From NCBI RefSeq assembly GCF_032444005.1, contig NC_091288.1, positions 225,308,001 to 225,372,000 on the forward strand: 64,000 bases of DNA, read 5' to 3'. Positions 58,260 through 64,000 of the stretch are shown one piece after another. Each line of letters begins with the position of its first letter. Within the stretch, counting starts at the first letter, position 1. The translations under genes were made by a program, and so were the position numbers. The notes below the pieces were generated by a model that was not told where the DNA came from, ran no database searches, and saw nothing but the letters and a program-made list of their open reading frames with translations. This DNA is from Ranitomeya imitator. Lineage: Eukaryota.

Positions 58260-61200
58260 CTGTTACCACTAAACTGGTTTCCTCCAAGAAAGCCATATTT
58301 GTCTGTCTTCCTGTAAGGCATGCCGTTAATCTCCGAGTCAGAGCCTAGAGAGCTGGCATCGTCCAGCAGTGTGAGGGACTCCATGGTGCCTGACATCAAA
58401 CTGACAGAGTCCAGATAACTGAGCGTGTCTGAGGCCGGAGTCTTAGACTTGAAACTGGCCAGTGATACGGTCTCATGACTGGCCGAAGTGTCCTGCTCAC
58501 GGGGCGGATGGCCAGGGTACAGGTTGGATCGAGAGGGAATAGGAAGAGGTGGTTTAGAGGACATGTTCCTGTGTGGGCTTGAAGGGTCCAGCACACGAAT
58601 TGGGGATAGTGATGGCCTCCCAAGACTTGGCTGTGCAGGAAGACTGGACATCTGACTCTGAGAAGTGGAGTTCAAGTTACCCATCGCTGCACCTCCATCT
58701 TGCCTCTGCTGTGCTTGTTTATTTGAGATAGGTGAAATAATGGTAATGCTCTGCGTGACTTCTGGCCCTGTGGACGGGGCCACCCGCGTGTCTTCTGGCC
58801 CTGCGGACGGGGCCACCCGCGTGTCTTCTGGCCCTGCGGACGGGGCCACCCGCGTGTCTTCTGGCCCTGCGGACGGGGCCACCCGCGTGTCTTCTGGCCC
58901 TGCGGACGGGGCCACCCGCGTGTCTTCTGGCCCTGCGGACGGGGCCACCCGCGTGTCTTCTGGCCCTGCGGACGGGGCCACCCGCGTGTCTTCTGGCCCT
59001 GCGGACGGGGCCACCCGCGTGTCTTCTGGCCCTGCGGACGGGGCCACCCGCGTGTCTTCTGGCCCTGCGGACGGGGCCACCCGCGTGTCTTCTGGCCCTG
59101 CGGACGGGGCCACCCGCGTGTCTTCTGGCCCTGCGGACGGGGCCACCCGCGTGTCTTCTGGCCCTGCGGACGGGGCCACCCGCGTGTCTTCTGGCCCTGC
59201 GGACGGGGCCACCCGCGTGTCTTCTGGCCCTGCGGACGGGGCCACCCGCGTGTCTTCTGGCCCTGCGGACGGGGCAACCCGCGTGTCTTCTGGCCCTGCG
59301 GACGGGGCAACCCGCGTGTCTTCTGGCCCTGCGGGCCTTGCGGACGGGGCCACCCGCGTGTCTTCTGGCCTTGTGGTACACGACTTGATGTCTTCTGGGT
59401 AAAATGTTTGAATACTGCTGGTAATGTTCTGCAGATGTGAAAGAGTAGTACTCTGTGAAGCACCATCGGCAATGTCACCCTTTGCCCTCATGTCTGCCTG
59501 CAGTGGGGTACCTTCTTCATGGCTCGTAGCACAGTCTTGGGCCCCAGTAAAATTTGGCATTTCCATCAAGCCGTGCCTTAACATGTCGTCAGGCAGGGGT
59601 GACTTCCCACCACTTTCAGTGTCCTGTGTGGCTGAATGTTGCAGCGCAGTCAGTTGATTCTGAATTGGTGGTGAAGATGCCCAGTCCTGTATCATGGCAT
59701 GCGAAGGTTGCACCCTGTGCTTCTCTTCTGGAGTGCCATTTATTGGAGCCTGAATAGATTTCCTTGCATTTGTTATCAGTGTGTCCTGTGTTTTTTCCCC
59801 TTGGTCCCGCACTGGAGCGCTCGGTGGTGGTGCTGTACTCCGGTCCTGCCCTGGAGCGCTCGGTGGTGGTGCTGTACTCCTGTCCTGCCCTGGAGCGCTC
59901 GGTGATGGTGCTGTACTCCTGTCCTGCCCTGGAGCGCTCGGTCGTGGTGCTGCACTCCGGTCCTGCCCTGGAGCGCTCGGTCGTGGTGCTGCACTCCGGT
60001 CCTGCCCTGGAGCGCTCGGTCGTTTTGCTGCACTCCGGTCCTGCCCTGGAGCGCTCGGTCGTGGTGCTGCACTCTGGTCCTGCCCTGGAGCGCTCGGTGG
60101 TGGTGCTGTACCCCGGTCCTGCCCTGGAGCGCTCGGTCTTGGTGCTGCACTCCGGTCCTGCCCTGGAGCGCTCGGTCTTGGTGCTGCACTCCGGTCCTGC
60201 CCTGGAGTGCTCGGTGTGGGCTGTGACACAAATGTTATAGGGATGCTCTCTGAAGATGATGTCTCCTGCTCCAATTTTGAGGTTCTAAGTGACACCCCCA
60301 AGTTTGTTGAGGTGTACTCCAGATGGGAGGCTCCATAGTTGTGTTCCGCAGAAAGATAGGCTCCGAGGCCGGGCTCCGCAGGGTCAGAAGCTCCGCAGCC
60401 AGGCTCCGTAGCTTGTTGGGGGCTGCCATGGCTCTGCATCACTATCAGCACTCTCTGGGTGATTGTGGTCTTCTCGGGGCTCCCAGGTAGGCTCCCCCGA
60501 ACACTCACATCGCCGGCAGCATCCCAGGCCCCCGTATGAGGACTCAGGGGTCGGCGCTCCATGGAGCCTTTGCGGGGAGGCGGCACTGGTCGGGGCCCCG
60601 GGGAGGAGCAGGACCCTGGCGGTGGCCCCGGGGTGGAGGAGCAGGACCCCGGCTGTGGCCCCGGGGTGGAGGAGCAGGACCCTAGCTGTGGCCCCGGGGT
60701 GGAGGAGCAGGACCCTGGCTGTGGCCCCGGGGTGGAGGAGCAGGACCCCGGCTGTGGCCCCGGGGTGGAGGAGCAGGACCCTGGCTGTGGCCCCGGGGTG
60801 GAGGAGCCTGGCTGTGGCCCCGGGGTGGAGGAGCCTGGCTGTGGCCCCGGGGTGGAGGAGCCTGGCTGTGGCCCCGGGGTGGAGGAGCCTGGCGGTGGCC
60901 CCGGGGTGGAGGAGCCTGGCTGTGGCCCCGGGGTGGAGGAGCAGGACCCTGGCTGTGGCCCCGGGGTGAAGGAGCAGGACCCCGGCTGTGGCCCCGGGGT
61001 GAAGGAGCGGGACCCCGGCTGTGGCCCCGGGGTGAAGGAGCAGGACCCTGGCGGTGGCCCCGGGGTGGAGGATCCTGGCTGTGTCCCCGGGGTGGAGGAG
61101 CAGGATCCTGGCTGTGGCCCCGGGGTGGAGGAGCGGGATCCTGGCTGTGGCCCCGGGGTGGAGGAGCGGGATCCTGGCTGTGGCCCCGGGGTGGAGGATC

Positions 61201-61672
61201 CTGGCTGTGTCCCCGGGGTGGAGGAGCGGGATCCTGGCTGTGTCCCCGAGGTGGAGGAGCGGGATCCTGGCTGTGTCCCCGGGGTGGAGGAGCAGGATCC
61301 TGGCTGTGGCCCCGGGGTGGAGGAGCGGGATCCTGGCTGTGGCCCCGGGGTGGAGGAGCAGGAGCCTGGCTGTGGCCCCGGGGTGGAGGAGCGGGATCCT
61401 GGCTGTGGCCCCGGGGTGGAGGAGCGGGATCCTGGCTGTGGCCCCGGGGTGGAGGAGCGGGATCCTGGCTGTGGCCCCGGGGTGGAGGAGCGGGATCCTG
61501 GCTGTGGCCCCGGGGTGGAGGATCCTGGCTGTGTCCCCGGGGTGGAGGAGCGGGATCCTGGCTGTGTCCCCGAGGTGGAGGAGCGGGATCCTGGCTGTGG
61601 CCCCGGGGTGGAGGAGCGGGATCCTGGCTGTGGCCCCGGGGTGGAGGAGCGGGACCCTGGCGGAGGCTCCAT
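58260..61672 (-). CDS. TBC1D10B: TBC1D10B exon 1 (3413 coding nt; repeat-expanded N-terminus)
   Basis: ATG in strong context (aacATGg) and an open frame throughout. Ends DTLSYLDSVSLMSGTMESL...SSLGSDSEING...KTDKYGFLGG, then AG|gtcagt. All nine exons join in phase (4869 nt, 1622 aa). The start codon itself is inferred. Confidence 0.85.
58752..59372 (-). repeat. Coding 33-bp repeat (PEDTRVAPSAG, ~17-18 copies) in TBC1D10B exon 1
   Basis: Near-perfect in-frame units. Confidence 0.93.
59815..60210 (-). repeat. Coding 39-bp repeat (SAAPRPSAPGQDR, ~10 copies) in TBC1D10B exon 1
   Basis: In-frame units. Confidence 0.92.
60600..61660 (-). repeat. Coding 33/27-bp repeat (SSTPGPQPGS[R/C] / SSTPGPQPG) at the start of TBC1D10B exon 1
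   Basis: All unit-length variants are multiples of 3. Confidence 0.92.
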
Positions 61673-61739
61673 GTTTAGGAGCTGCTGAATCAAGCAGGCC
61701 GGCGGCTGAGGCGCTCACCGGCCCGTACTGACAGGAGAA

Positions 61740-62035
61740 CCAGAGACCAATAGGAACCAGAAGTTGGAAAGCATACAGCCAATCAGCACTGAGCCGGAAA
61801 CGAGCGTGTCGTAAACATTAGCCAATCAGAGCGCACGATAAAACACTAAACGCGTGAGTACAAAGTCAAAGAAAGGGATTGGGCTGAGCTGTGAGAAGCG
61901 GACCAATCAGCTGCAAGAGCCGTCCGGCGTCCATTAGGGTCGGGCCCGGAACAAGGAAAAGGAAGCTGCAATCTCCTAGAAAGGGTGGAGCCGCAACCAA
62001 TCAGCTTGCAGTTCATAACCGAGAGTGGCCAATCA
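61740..62035 (-). promoter_or_regulatory. TBC1D10B proximal promoter with 7 CCAAT boxes
   Basis: CCAAT at 61747, 61779, 61822, 61903, 61997 and 62029; ATTGG at 61878; CpG-rich; directly upstream of the ATG. Confidence 0.65.
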
Positions 62036-62088
62036 GCGTAGGAAGGCGGAGCAGACAGACGAGAGAAGTGAAACTTCAATTCAATAAC

Positions 62089-62094
62089 TTTATT
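62089..62094 (-). terminator. Candidate polyadenylation signal of an upstream minus-strand transcript
   Basis: tttatt (AATAAA on the minus strand), followed by U/GU-rich sequence on that strand. Confidence 0.45.
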
Positions 62095-62339
62095 GATGTG
62101 TGAAATGTAAACACAGTGACAGTGGCTGTTGCCGCGTTCTCACCACTAATAATCGGCCGATAATCGGAGTCAGATAATTGCGGACAATGGGGCGGTGACC
62201 GTTCAGTGGCCGCTGCGCCTCACACGTCGGCCCCATAGAAGGCAGTCACGTGACGTGTTCCTGTCACCACAGTGTGGGATGCATGAGAGCAACTGGGGGA
62301 AAGAAGGAGCGCGGACGACATCACATAATACACTACTGT

Positions 62340-64000
62340 CCGCGCCGTGTGATCAGCATCAGGACCGCCAAGAAGAGCGCAGGACGGCGCCGTGTGATCA
62401 GCATCAGGACCGCCAAGAAGAGCGCAGGACGGCGCCGTGTGATCAGCATCAGGACCGCCAAGAAGAGCGCAGGACGGCGCCGTGTGATCAGCATCAGGAC
62501 CGCCAGGAAGAGCGCAGGACGGCGCCGTGTGATCAGCATCAAGACCGCCAGGAAGAGCGCAGGACGGCGCCGTGTGATCAGCATCAGGACCGCCAAGAAG
62601 AGCGCAGGACGGCGCCGTGTGATCAGCATCAGGACCGCCAGGAAGAGCGCAGGACGGCGCCGTGTGATCAGCATCAGGACCGCCAGGAAGAGCGCAGGAC
62701 GGCGCCGTGTGATCAGCATCAGGACCGCCAGGAAGAGCGCAGGACGGCGCCGTGTGATCAGCATCAGGACCGCCAGGAAGAGCGCAGGACGGCGCCGTGT
62801 GATCAGCATCAGGACCGCCAGGAAGAGCGCAGGACGGCGCCGTGTGATCAGCATCAGGACCGCCAAGAAGAGCGCAGGACGGCGCCGTGTGATCAGCATC
62901 AGGACCGCCAGGAAGAGCGCAGGACGGCGCCGTGTGATCAGCATCAGGACCGCCAGGAAGAGCGCAGGACGGCGCCGTGTGATCAGCATCAGGACCGCCA
63001 GGAAGAGCGCAGGACGGCGCCGTGTGATCAGCATCAGGACCGCCAGGAAGAGCGCAGGACGGCGCCGTGTGATCAGCATCAGGACCGCCAGGAAGAGCGC
63101 AGGACGGCGCCGTGTGATCAGCATCAGGACCGCCAGGAAGAGCGCAGGACGGCGCCGTGTGATCAGCATCAGGACCGCCAGGAAGAGCGCAGGACGGCGC
63201 CGTGTGATCAGCATCAGGACCGCCAGGAAGAGCGCAGGACGGCGCCGTGTGATCAGCATCAGGACCGCCAAGAAAAGCGCAGGACGGGGCCGTGTGATCA
63301 TCATCAGGACCGCCAGGAAGAGCGCAGGACGGGGCCGTGTGATCAGCATCAGGACCGCCAGGAAGAGCGCAGGACGGGGCCGTGTGATCAGCATCAGGAC
63401 CGCCAAGAAAAGCGCAGGACGGGGCCGTGTGATCATCATCAGGACCGCCAGGAAGAGCGCAGGACGGCGCCGTGTGATCAGCATCAGGACCGCCAGGAAG
63501 AGCGCAGGACGGGGCCGTGTGATCAGCATCAGGACCGCCAAGAAAAGCGCAGGACGGGGCCGTGTGATCATCATCAGGACCGCCAGGAAGAGCGCAGGAC
63601 GGGGCCGTGTGATCAGCATCAGGACTGCCAAGAAGAGCGCAGGACGGCGCCGTGTGATCAGCATCAGGACCGCCAGGAAGAGCGCAGGACGGCGCCGTGT
63701 GATCAGCATCAGGACCGCCAGGAAGAGCGCAGGACGGCGCCGTGTGATCAGCATCAGGACCGACAGGAAGAGCGCAGGACGGGGCCGTGTGATCAGCATC
63801 AGGACCGCCAGGAAGAGCGCAGGACGGCACCATGTGATCAGCATCAGGACCGCCAAGAAGAGCGCAGGACGGCGCCGTGTGATCATCATCAGGACCGCCA
63901 GGAAGAGCGCAGGACGGGGCCGTGTGATCATCATCAGGACCGCCAGGAAGAGCGCAGGACGGCGCCGTGTGATCAGCATCAGGACCGCCAGGAAGAGCGC
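62340..64000. repeat. 45-bp CpG-rich minisatellite (gccgtgtgatcagcatcaggaccgccaggaagagcgcaggacggc); runs off the right edge
   Basis: Period of 45 (62344, 62389 and onward); highly homogeneous. Confidence 0.96.

Noticed and set aside
58752-59372. Resemblance of PEDTRVAP to the MUC1 PDTRPAP repeat
   Set aside because: It is a short low-complexity coincidence in a cytosolic Rab GAP with no signal peptide.

Overview
Eukaryotic vertebrate genomic DNA, most likely a frog. This is inferred from the mix of T2/Kolobok MITEs, CR1, L2, Penelope, Tc1 and Helitron elements. There are no prokaryotic features, and nearly all long ORFs in the track are tandem-repeat artefacts. Two host genes are present and converge. 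TBC1D10B (minus strand, 9 coding exons, 61672->54722) gives a predicted 1622 aa protein: its first exon is inflated by three in-frame tandem repeats, and its intron 4 holds 18 extra copies of its own 5' splice site. The second gene is a short, divergent PHETA/FAM109 (IPIP27/Sesquipedalian) family PH-domain gene (plus strand, 32564-33079). The left third holds two recent copies of one Ty3/gypsy chromovirus (Tf1/sushi-like). Both have 6-bp TSDs and an apparent tRNA-independent self-priming site. Copy 1 has an intact gag-pol and sits in a 9-bp-based satellite. Copy 2 is frameshifted and sits inside a Penelope element carrying a degenerate hammerhead ribozyme, which in turn sits inside an L2 LINE. 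By rough hand tally about 40% of the window is minisatellite/satellite, often amplified from local functional sequence (TE ends, splice donors, coding exon).
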